Of a stretch of 39,030 nucleotides of DNA, positions 1 to 9,878 are shown in pieces. The notes under the pieces were generated by a model. That model saw nothing but the letters and a program-made list of their open reading frames with translations, was not told where the DNA came from and did no database searches. The translations under genes were made by a program, and so were the position numbers. The stretch is from Corallochytrium limacisporum Hawaii (taxonomy: Eukaryota; Protista; Pluriformea), in contig PDIP01000102.1 in the NCBI GenBank assembly GCA_002811645.1, forward strand, positions 27,523 through 66,552. Direction: 5' to 3'. Each line of letters begins with the position of its first letter. Within the stretch, counting starts at the first letter, position 1.

Positions 1-320
1 GGGGGAGGGGGTGGGTGGGGGGGAAGTGGCAAGAGTGGGCAGGGGCCGCGTGATCGTAGGTGTATGGTTCGGTTTCACATCTCTCTCCCCTTTACTATTT
101 TCTTTTTCTTTTGTGTTTTTGACCCAATGTCCTTTTTCGGGCATGTGGCACAAGGGCTAAACCGTGGTTGGTGGGGAATGATTGGGAGGGGGAGGTTGTT
201 AATGGAAGGAAAGGGAGACCGGGGGTGGGAGGGAAGAGGTAAAATACCAGATGCGAGAGAGAGAGAGGGAGAGAGAGGGCGTGAGTGAGTGAGTGTGTGT
301 GTGTGGGTGCGTGTGTGCAT
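1..320. repeat. Low-complexity region: G-run cluster (G-quadruplex potential, 1-30), (GA)n and (GT)n microsatellites
   Basis: GGGGGAGGGGGTGGGTGGGGGGGG at the window start; GAGAGA and GTGTGT runs at ~255-325. Confidence 0.8.
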
Positions 321-1289
321 GTGTGTTTCTTGGGGCCAACGCGATCAATGAAGGACCAAAACACCCTTGCTGGGCAAAGAGATAAAGGGTTCGAGATCAA
401 CACAAAGACAAGGAAAACGAACGGATCCAACATGCACAGGATGCTTATCGCGCATTGGGGCCACCCTTCCCATTCCGCATATTAAAGAGTCATGTACAAG
501 GACAAATCACATGCCCGGCACAAGGTGGGATGGCTACGAACAGATAGCGACCGGAGGACGATGGTGTGTTTTTGTGTTTTCCTCTCTCTTCCAACCCTAC
601 CCAAATTATACTTGTTTCGGCAAGTGATTTGTTTCGCTGTTTCTTCATTTAATCGTTTGTGTGTGTGTGCGTGCGTGAGTGTCCATTTTGTCTGTTTTTC
701 TAAACTCTTTCCTTTGTGCCCTACTCGTACGCTGCTGATTGTGCGGGTCGAAGCATCGAACTCGATTCCGCTGACCAAAACACACAAAACAACAAAAGGA
801 GGAAAAGAGATAGAGTGCTGCGAGCTTGGCAAGTTAAGAAAGAGTTTCAAAGGAGAAAAAAAAAGAGGTCCTTTTTCAACGGGGACGAGGAGGAGGAGGA
901 AAGGAGGAAAGGACGAAGGCGATCGACTATCCCCAACTGCGCGCCCTGTTGAGAAACTCTCTCGTGAAGTGCCGGCCCCGGGCAAGACAGTATTTTTCTT
1001 TTTCTTGAAACAACATAACCCCCTCCCCTTCATCGAGTAACCCGCAAGCGGCAAGAAAGCAAGAAGAGCTGGAGGTTTTTTGCCCCCGGGCGTACCTCTT
1101 ATACCATGGCTCACAGTACATCGGTACGGAACGAACTGGCATCCAAGAGACATCGTCTTACCCCGCACCGGTTGTGACAGTATTGATGGCCTTCTCTGCC
1201 GTGTTGGATGACGAACGCTGGGAAGTGAGTGTGGTATTCGAAGACACTCTACATGTCCTTAAATATACACAAGAAGAGAACCAGATGGG

Positions 1290-2403
1290 AACCTTGTAGA
1301 TAGCGCGTTGGCGCCCATGGTGGGGCTTCGGGGTCTTGTATGTTGTTAACGGGTACACTGAACTTGTTATCCGCTTCCTCCTACTAGTGCAGTGGGTGTG
1401 CTCCCATCGCATACTGCATTACATCTTCGACATTCTGGACCACTGTCTTTCCTCCGTCTTGGGATGTCTGTGGAAGAGATCCGTACCGTTTGCTACATGC
1501 GCGGTAAGAGCAAAGACCCGTTCCCTGCAGCTGGAGAATCTCGTCATCAATTTGTCATTTTATCCATGGAAAATGTACAGCATCAGCGAGATCATCGAAG
1601 CCAAAAAAAAAATCCACGTTTTTTTCTTTGTTGGTCGCGTTCTCTTCCTTCCTCCCTTGTGTGAGTCTGAGTAGAAAAAAGGGGGGGGTGTTAGGGGACC
1701 TTCACGTTCATCACAAATAATTGATCCCGAAATTCTCTGCCGCAGTTGAAAATTAAATTCCCTTTAGGAGCATGAGAAGCTTGTTTTTCTTGTTGGTGTT
1801 GTATGCGCACGCGTGGAACTGGGGTCCCAATGACACAATAAACCACCTTTTCATTCGACCACTAGTTCCTGTTTGCTTCCCGGCCATTGTGAAACAGACG
1901 GGACTTGGCTCTGACGATCATCAATTTATCATCATGATCCCCATCGCTGAAGAATGCAGTGTTCGACAGCAGTCATTCAAGCACATGGTTCTCAAAAGTC
2001 AGAAGTTGCATGTCAACGCAGGTTGGGTCGTTCTAGGTTTCCGCAGAACGGAGGTCTAGAAACAAGCCAGAGGCTGGAAGATGAAAACATTTTCTATTCG
2101 CCCAAGGTTCGTCGGAGTTGAAATCACAAAAAGGTCAGGTCTTTTCGAAATAGTAGCCAATTGATAACTATGTTTCATGGTTCGAAACACGGCGCGTGTG
2201 TCAGTGAGCTCGTCCCGAATGGTTGTGCGCCCACGGTCATCGTGTGCCCATCGCTTTCCTAAAACGAACCTCTCATGGACGGATCGAGCACGGACGACGC
2301 ACATTGAGAAAGAAAACAAAAGTTTCCTCCAAAGAAAATCATCCCAGGGCTTGGCTTGGCGCACAGAAACCCAAGAAGCATCACAAAAGCGAGAGTTTGA
2401 CAC
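1290..2403 (-). pseudogene. Possible decayed protein-coding relic
   Basis: Minus frames read protein-like (FDDLADAVHFPWIK*QIDDEILQLQG...VQNVEDVMQYAMGAHPLH**EEADNKF; ...MQLLTFENHVLE*LLSNTAFF...; KPWDDFLWRKLL) with isolated TAG/TGA stops. The in-register + strand shadow ORFs 1336-1674 and 1772-2059 are open. Confidence 0.3.
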
Positions 2404-2839
2404 TAAACGGCCAACCCACTGCTTCTACTAACAAACTTGAACTTACAATCATTACTATTCATCTATTCATGCTCATTCGTGCACTGCTGATATCTTCCAA
2501 GGGATTCCATTGCGCATTCATAGCCGGCGCAAGAAGCATCAAGCGGACACGTCTTGGGCCTGGAGGAGCGGCATCGCCAGCCAAAATCGTCACGTTCATG
2601 CAAAGCGGGCGGAAGCGCAGACATCAACATCCATTAATCATGAATGGATCCCCCCCCCAACTTCTTTCTCTCGTTGCCCTTCATGGATAGTACGGAGTTT
2701 GTGTGAATATTTCAGGGCGAACACGGTTAAAGCTATGTTCGCCCCTCCTCGCGTTTTGGGACTGCGACCCGCACCCGGCCCTGGTTTTTCTCCGCTCCCC
2801 TGCGCCCGCTCACCAACGTTGTCGGACAATTTGGCAAAA

Positions 2840-2844
<5 letters not shown>

Positions 2845-2904
<60 letters not shown>

Positions 2905-3074
2905 NNNNNNNNNNNNNNNNNNNNNNNNNNNNNNNNNNNNNNNNNNNNNNNNNNNNNNNNNNNNNNNNNNNNNNNNNNNNNNNNNNNNNNNNNNNNNNNN
3001 NNNNNNNNNNNNNNNNNNNNNNNNNNNNNNNNNNNNNNNNNNNNNNNNNNNNNNNNNNNNNNNNNNNNNNNAAA

Positions 3075-3138
<64 letters not shown>
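2845..3138. repeat. (TA)n microsatellite flanking a 167-N assembly gap (2905-3071)
   Basis: Directly visible AT repeats at 2845-2903 and 3079-3138 with Ns between them. Confidence 0.98.
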
Positions 3139-3141
<3 letters not shown>

Positions 3142-5118
3142 GAATATAAAACACAAAACACAAAATGTGAACCCCCCCCCTCTCCCCCACCTTCCTCTCA
3201 AACAATTCCATGTATATTCAGTATGCAGAATATTGGTTGCGAGCCGAATGGGGCCCACCTTGACCTTTCCAGAAAACCGGTAAGACCCCAAACTGCCGCA
3301 GTTTGACACCTTAATAAGGCTGGCTACCCGCACTTACCCGTGTGCTTTCGATTTTTCTCCACTTCATGTCTCGTCCAATTATGGAAATGGGTCGACTCAC
3401 GGTAGTGAATATACCGGGTACAGCGACCCACCACCACCCCCCCGTCCGAATCCCGTCCGCCCCACGTTGGATGGAACAGCTGACCGCACTTTAATCGATC
3501 TCAACTGGCATCTCTTGCGTGCGTGAATGCATGGTAAGCAGGCCACTAGTACACCGCCATCATGGACATGTCGAAGCAAAACCCGGAAACTCATACCTGG
3601 ACCAGCTAGTAACACACAGGAATTACGCTATAGCGTCATAAAAAAGGAGGTCGCCCAGAAGCATATCCACCGTTGTGTCTATAGTGAACGGCCCGGTCAA
3701 ACCAAACCGGATCTGAGGCAGTTGAAGAAATTTAGACCACCATTGATGTGGCGTGGATCCACTCTCCTAAATTTCCCCTTTTCTTCCCGTGGTCCCGGCA
3801 AATTTTCTTTCTTTCTTTCGCTCGCTTTCTTTTCTTTTCCCTTTTTCTTCTTTGGTCTTTTCTTTTTTCTTTTCGTTGTGTGTGTGTGTGTGTGCCAAAG
3901 GGGGACAGAGTTCGGCCTGGGCCTTTGTCTTCAAAGCCAATTTCTATATTAGGGCCGTACAAGAACTACCGGGCAACCAAACCGGCCGCTGTTGGTGAGC
4001 GCAGCGGGCCAAAAAAGTCGGTCTGGCCCCGCAAGAGACACGTCCACGTGAGTCATAGGCACTTGTGTCTCTACCACTAACATGCATACCTTTGTTCACA
4101 ATCCGAAGACTGTGTTGGATGCCCCGATTCCGGTCTGTTGTGCATGTCCCAATGATGTTCTGTGTCTCACCACCAGCAGACGGTGGTTCGGAACTTTTCG
4201 GGTCAGGACACAACACCGAGTAATGTCCGTAAATTTTACACACCGTTGATTAGAGATAAACCCGGCGGAATGTTTTTAATACCGGATGGTTTGCGCTTGT
4301 ATTGAGCCAGAAGCAGGGGGGTGTCCACCTCCTTTCCGGGACATCCTCACGCCCAAAAAAAACACACACACACACGCAGAAAAATCGCCAACGCAAGCTC
4401 ACAAACTTAAAACCCCCTCCACAACCGTCAAAATGTTACCAGCCGCTTGTTGTCCGAGCACCAGGGTGAAACTTTAGCTTTCCGTTTGGGAAGCCTCCGG
4501 GTTGCTTAGCCGGCGGTGCGATGGTGGCCTAGCGATGACCTGCAGACCTCCAAAAAAAAAAAGAAAACCAAAACCCCCCAAAAAAAAGGGCAAGCAAAGG
4601 AAAGAGAAAAAAGAACCCCTCTTTCGGTACTGACGGCGCTCTTTTTCTATTTTACATTTTTTTTCTTCTTCCCCGGTTTGCGAAAGGGACGTGTGTACCT
4701 TGTATGGCCCTATCTTTCACCGGTTGAAACGGCGGGAAACCAAACCCGTACTCTCTTTGGCCCGGCGGGATGGTTTCACTTGTTTCAAAACTGGGGCTGA
4801 GGGCGAAGAGGGACCGGACGGTAAACAAAGCCATAGGCAAAGAGCCAGGAAAACACATACAAAATATACGGGAGGGAGGGGAGGGTGTTGCGTATCCACT
4901 CAACCCCCACATCACGCTCACCGTGAGCACTTTAGGGCCGGCGATACCAGTTGATGACTGATAAAGCTGGCTTTTTTGATTGATAACAAACGCAACCAAC
5001 GTATTTGGCTTGGTATCTTTTTTACGAAGTGACAAACCTTGTGAGTGTGCGCAGACCCCCCTGGGTTTGCACCAGTGCAGCGATTCCTTTGTGGCTGCGA
5101 TGCAGCTGACCATCATCC

Positions 5119-6215
5119 TCAGGCTCTGATGAAGTTGAGGGCCATCGATGTCAACGCCCATGAGAGATTGTTTGCATCTGTGCTTATGTTATTGAATGAC
5201 GGGCTTGTATGCTTCTGAAGGACATGACTTAGAATTAGGGTGGCCTTTCGGATGGAGGGTTTCTCCACTTTGAGTTTTATCTCGACCAGGTGTGTCATAT
5301 TGTGCACACCCTGGAATCTCTCGGGTGTCCGGTAGGTTGTGGGCTTCGGAATTGTTCGAACCTTAGTCACACAGCACGAATCGTCCGGACCAACGGAACC
5401 ATTTACGGTCAATGGAACCTGAGGAATTCAATAACAAACGAAAGGTATTAGTTCCCAACTATATACGCAAGCTCTCACTTCGGGTATTCTCAATATTGCC
5501 ACGCTGGCCCTCAGGCTTGGGGGGGGGGTGTTGTGTGTGGGCATCAGCCCGGTATGCATTGTCTTTGCTTGTAGTGTTGGTGTTCCTTTCCGCTCGCATA
5601 CATGGGTCCTGAATTACTAGGAACCTAAGGATGGTATTGTATCATGTAGAGCTTTGAACTCGAGACAGAGTAGGAGGACGTGCTCAGGGATGTATTGGAA
5701 CCGTGCCCTGCGCCGATTTTTGCCTTGATATCACACATTGATCCGGGGCTTCCGGCTCGCCTCCCGTAAACAGGGCTTGCGCAATCCAGGACCATGCGGT
5801 CGGGTGTATCAATCTGGGCTCCCAACATGCCATGAAAGCAAACGGACTAGACCACAGCGTAAAACTCGGTGTGGTTTCTGCTGCCTCCGTCCTCGAGTTT
5901 TCTGCTGCCTCCGTCCTTTCCTAGAAGCTTTCCCAACAGGTGCCCTGCCCTTACAAGGGAATATGGAAGGGAGGAAGGAAGGCCGATCTCCTGGGGCCGG
6001 TGTTCTTTCATCTGAACGGACCTGACGTGATGCTGACGAGAAGTTGGGCCACACGCATATAATGGATATCATACAAGGCTGTTCTGTAAGCAACAGTTTC
6101 TGGTTAGGGTTGCAGGTTCCTCTGTCTGTCGATGATGGTTAATGATGCGCATTCATGGTGATGGTGACGATGTGAATGATGAGGATGGACGTTGAGCGGG
6201 GTATGATGATCCCAT
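5119..6215 (-). pseudogene. Possible frameshifted relic containing an F-box-like motif
   Basis: ATG at 6215 opens MGSSYPAQRPSSSFTSSPSP*. Further down, FQYIPEHVLLLCLEF (5700-5656) resembles the F-box start LxxLPxEILxxIFxYL. It lies head-to-head with the gene at 6670, as intact pairs in this window do. Confidence 0.25.
5875..5917. repeat. Tandem direct repeat, 19-bp identical unit, period 24
   Basis: TTTCTGCTGCCTCCGTCCT at 5875-5893 and 5899-5917. Confidence 0.9.
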
Positions 6216-6669
6216 CCAGGCCGCCTGGTGAATTGATCCCGTCCCCAAGACCGAATTGATTCACATTCCTCAACAGGGGCCTATTTTCTGCCCTGACCAC
6301 AAAGACTGTCCTCTCAGGTGCTTACGAAACAACACAGCGGGACCGCGCCCCGGGCAAAAAAAAGCCACTGTATAGTAAATGTACTAAGCGGGCTAAGTTG
6401 TCCCGCCTCCCTTGGCCACCGAGGATTTCCCCAAGCGGGCCCATTTGTTGTGCGTAGACATTCATATCCCAGGGGACAGGAATGCTTACCTTTGAACGGC
6501 CCGCAATGGGAGACCAACAGGCCAGTTTGGTGTAGTACAAGATGCATCTGTTCCGATCAGAAGCTATGTCAATGATATGGGTAGGTGGTTTAGGGGCACG
6601 AATAGGATTCACAGGTCTTGGCTTTGTGTTTTGCGAACCAGCATATGACATAGAACTGTTGTATTCCAT

Positions 6670-7536
6670 ATGGTTCACCTCAAGATTGGCGGAGTGCCTG
6701 AGCACTTTAACAGCCCGTGGCTGCAGACCAAGGACAGTCAGACTCTGAAGGACCAGGATGTCAGCTATGACTGGACTAGTGTCGCCGGCGGTACTGGTGC
6801 GATGTACAAGGCGCTGGCTGCTAAGGAACTTGACATGGCCCTGTTGTTGACTGAAGGTGCCGTAAAATTTGCCACGGAGGATCCGAACATTAAGATTGCA
6901 GGGTTCTATGTGTCTACTCCACTGCAGTGGGGCATCTTTGTTGCAAATGAGGGGCCAATCAAGAACGTCAGTGAACTACAAGGAGCCACCGTTTCCATTT
7001 CAAACTGGGGCTCCGGATCCCACCTCATGGCTGCATACTTAGCCGAGAAGGATAACTTGGGAACGGTCCAGTACGCAAAGCACGATAATATTACAGGTAT
7101 GGTTAACGGTGTCAAGAGCAATGAAGCCCAGGTCTTTCTGTGGGATCGGTTTATGACGTCGGTCTATGTAGAGAACGGAGATCTGCGGCGCATCGGTGTC
7201 TGTCCAACGCCATGGCCTGCGTTCGTCTTTGTGGCCCGCACTGAGGTTCTGGAAGACAGTGAGAAGCGTAAGGCATTAAGCACGATTGTCAAGACTGTGA
7301 TGGCCCAGTGCGAGACGTTCAAGAAGGACGAGGATAAGGCTGTCGACTATATCGTCGACAATTACAAGCTCAAACCAGCCGTGGCACGGGAATGGTGCCA
7401 GAATACGACCTATTCCAAGGCTGATGCGATCACAGAGAATCTTTCGGAGACGATCGATCTCGCAACTGAGACCTTGACTCGGCTCGGACTCTTGAAGGAG
7501 AAGCGAGACGGCATCACCTTCAACCTAGATGCTTGA
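6670..7536 (+). CDS. Type 2 periplasmic-binding-fold protein (Ca3427-like / NMT1-THI5/SsuA-like), 288 aa, no signal peptide
   Basis: Motifs KIGGVPEHFNSPW, GGTGAM, ALLLTEG, YVSTPLQWGI, ISxxGSGSHLMA, FLWDRFMT and PTPWPAFV match the Ca3427-like family seen in Bacteroidetes and fungi. Confidence 0.85.
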   Translation: MVHLKIGGVPEHFNSPWLQTKDSQTLKDQDVSYDWTSVAGGTGAMYKALAAKELDMALLLTEGAVKFATEDPNIKIAGFYVSTPLQWGIFVANEGPIKNVSELQGATVSISNWGSGSHLMAAYLAEKDNLGTVQYAKHDNITGMVNGVKSNEAQVFLWDRFMTSVYVENGDLRRIGVCPTPWPAFVFVARTEVLEDSEKRKALSTIVKTVMAQCETFKKDEDKAVDYIVDNYKLKPAVAREWCQNTTYSKADAITENLSETIDLATETLTRLGLLKEKRDGITFNLDA

Positions 7537-7928
7537 GTGAGAAAGGGACACCTGCGATCTTGGACTCTTGTTTAGTTATGTACAGTTTTAGCAAATGAAT
7601 ACACGTGACCCTTGGTCGTCAATAAAATGGCCCTGTAAGATTGTTGGTAGATGGAGTCTTCGTTTGTGCATGCGTTCGTGCACTGATATCACTTTGCACA
7701 GACCCAACATCTCCATGCCGCCGTCATCTGTGCTTTGAGAAACAAACAAAGATATTGTGGGGCACCGGAGTAGGGACACGAAGAGAGAAATGAATGAATG
7801 CTAACCATTCGCTGGAATGCGGGTATTCATCGCCAGCTGACCACAGAGTCCACCGGTGTGTTCGTAACCGGAACCCGCTCTGTGATAGGGCGAACTGTCG
7901 CCGTCCCTTGGTGGAGGAGACCTGCCTG

Positions 7929-7960
7929 GCCCCCCCCCCCCCCGCGGGGGGGGGGGGGGC
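7929..7960. repeat. Perfect 32-bp palindrome G-C14-GC-G14-C
   Basis: C run 7930-7943, GC, then G run 7946-7959. Confidence 0.95.
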
Positions 7961-8273
7961 GCGGAAGGGCCACGGGCAGCAGAGTGCACGCGAGTGGTGC
8001 TCTGTGTGTGTGTGTGCGTGTGTGTGTGTGTTGTCTGTTCCGTGAGTTTCCTTTCTCTTGTGGTTCTAATCTGTTGTATTTTGTGGAGGTTATGAGGTGC
8101 TTGAAAATGGAAAGAAACCTGTGCACTAGAATGTAAACCAAGTGATCGAAAGTGATTTGTATGCAGGAGGAATCAGCGATCGACCTGGGGTACAGTCAGC
8201 GAGAGTAACACAGAAACTCTCTAGTAATTTGTGGAACATGTCGTGATCAATAGAGTAAACATCGTTTACACAA

Positions 8274-9818
8274 ATGTACAGTGCCGCGGTACGGACACTG
8301 CGGTACAGCGCCGTGAGAGGGCTGGCCCCTGCCTCGGCTATTCAGAAGCAACAACGGGGTGCAGTCTTGCTACATGCGGCAAGAACCTATGTGAAGAAGC
8401 CGACATCATTTGATCCGGAGAAATTAACCGCGAAGGAGATCGTTCCTGCCATGGTTCAGATATGGCAGGATGAACAGAAAGATCATAAAGTAGAAAGCAG
8501 CCAAGGCAGGGGCGAGAGTGAGCCCGAGTCCGTAAGAGCGAGGGAGGAAATGAAACACTATGTTACACACCGGGCCCTGACCCTCAGCTCCACGCTGGAC
8601 GTGGGGCAGTTGGCTTTGATCATTAACCTGGCCTCTAAACTTGGTGTGGAGGACTCCATTTTCTACCGCCAAGCTGAAGAACAGTTGCTGGCTAAATTAG
8701 ATGCTGCGGATCGAGCCTTCACGAACACCCATGCAACACCCAATGCACATGGATCAGAGGGAATAGGGCACGAATTGAGTTGGGTGTTGTATCACTTGGC
8801 AGGCACGGATGCGCTGAGCTCTGAGGGGCTAAGGGATCTCACCTATATGGCTAGTCAACCGCATATTGTCGAAGATTGGAAATGGGACTCATTGCAGAAT
8901 GTTAGTGAAGCTTATTCGAGACCATCTACCCGGCAAGTAACGGGCCGTTTCCAGGTTCTCCGCAGTCTGCATGAGCGACTACTGTCAATTTTGCCTGGTC
9001 TCTCGAGACACGACATTGAGTCGTCGCAGTCCACGTCCGTGATTGATGGGGATGGCCTATCCTCCAGACGATCAGCAGGCATTGGGCAAATGGTGCAAAT
9101 GCTAGCTGACACTAACGGTCCGTCTTCATGGCGAGCTGCTGCCACTGCTGTGCTGCAATGGTCCTGCGGGAAGGTCGCGGGAATGGGCATTAATGAAGTC
9201 ATTGATCTGCTGCGCGTGGCTGAAATCGTCCTACTGAGAGACGAGGAGGAGATGCGACAACGTCTACTAGATCCGGGCCTGACCTCACGCTTCCGTGACG
9301 CATCACTTGTGGTGATTACCCCCTCTCCGTCCCTAGAATCTGAATCGCGGGACCAGATTCTGCGCCCTCCACTGTCAGCCAGAGATTATCGGCTCCGTGA
9401 TTGGGAAACTTTGCAAGATCTTCGTGTAAGTGTAGCCCTACGCTTTGCGCCGCTGCTGGGAGATTTACGATCGGACACTGTGCAGCAACTGTTGACAGTC
9501 ATGGGTCTGCAAACGGAAGAGGTACTCAGCGGATTGGATAACGTACATGAGGTTACAGAGGAGATTCTATTGGACTTTCGTGAGCAGGCCATGCAGCGCA
9601 TGGGAACCCATCCCTTGGGAATATCCTACGGTGTATTTGACACTGTACGCGAAGGGACCGGTGATGCACTCCCGAACATTGTGATCAAACCCGGAGGCAG
9701 TAACAAGCGCCATGACTTTATCCGCTTCGTAAGCCGCGACGAGGTTGAGGCTGAGCCTGAGCCTGTACGGCGACGGATTAAACAGAGAAAGGATCTTCAG
9801 AAGAAGAACAAGGAGTAA
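8274..9818 (+). CDS. Unknown 514-aa protein, probably mitochondrial, with FASTK/OPR-like helical-repeat character
   Basis: Long ORF. Arg/Ala-rich, acid-free N-terminus ending ...AARTY looks like a presequence. LDVGQLALIINLASKLGVEDSIFYRQAEEQLL resembles FASTK/OPR helical repeats. Confidence 0.7.
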   Translation: MYSAAVRTLRYSAVRGLAPASAIQKQQRGAVLLHAARTYVKKPTSFDPEKLTAKEIVPAMVQIWQDEQKDHKVESSQGRGESEPESVRAREEMKHYVTHRALTLSSTLDVGQLALIINLASKLGVEDSIFYRQAEEQLLAKLDAADRAFTNTHATPNAHGSEGIGHELSWVLYHLAGTDALSSEGLRDLTYMASQPHIVEDWKWDSLQNVSEAYSRPSTRQVTGRFQVLRSLHERLLSILPGLSRHDIESSQSTSVIDGDGLSSRRSAGIGQMVQMLADTNGPSSWRAAATAVLQWSCGKVAGMGINEVIDLLRVAEIVLLRDEEEMRQRLLDPGLTSRFRDASLVVITPSPSLESESRDQILRPPLSARDYRLRDWETLQDLRVSVALRFAPLLGDLRSDTVQQLLTVMGLQTEEVLSGLDNVHEVTEEILLDFREQAMQRMGTHPLGISYGVFDTVREGTGDALPNIVIKPGGSNKRHDFIRFVSRDEVEAEPEPVRRRIKQRKDLQKKNKE

Positions 9819-9878
9819 CCATGAGGCCAATGATATAAAGAAAACATACTCTAATAAGACTTAATTAAGCAGACAAGT

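Noticed and set aside
482-1168. 228-aa and 182-aa ORFs in low-complexity DNA; similar ORFs at 22880-23707 and 35650-36159
   Set aside because: Composition reflects homopolymer runs, there are no recognisable domains, and starts are often non-ATG.
2836-3138. Two separate (TA)n arrays
   Set aside because: Both begin AAAA(C/T)AAATATAT, so they may be one tract represented on both contig ends.
2510-3333. ORFs with YIYIYI tracts
   Set aside because: Artefacts of the (TA)n repeat and the N gap.
6530-6669. TPP riboswitch upstream of the THI5-like fold gene (stem CTATGTCA 6564-6571 / TGACATAG 6646-6653)
   Set aside because: The conserved TPP aptamer CUGAGA motif is absent, and a single 8-bp stem is near chance level.
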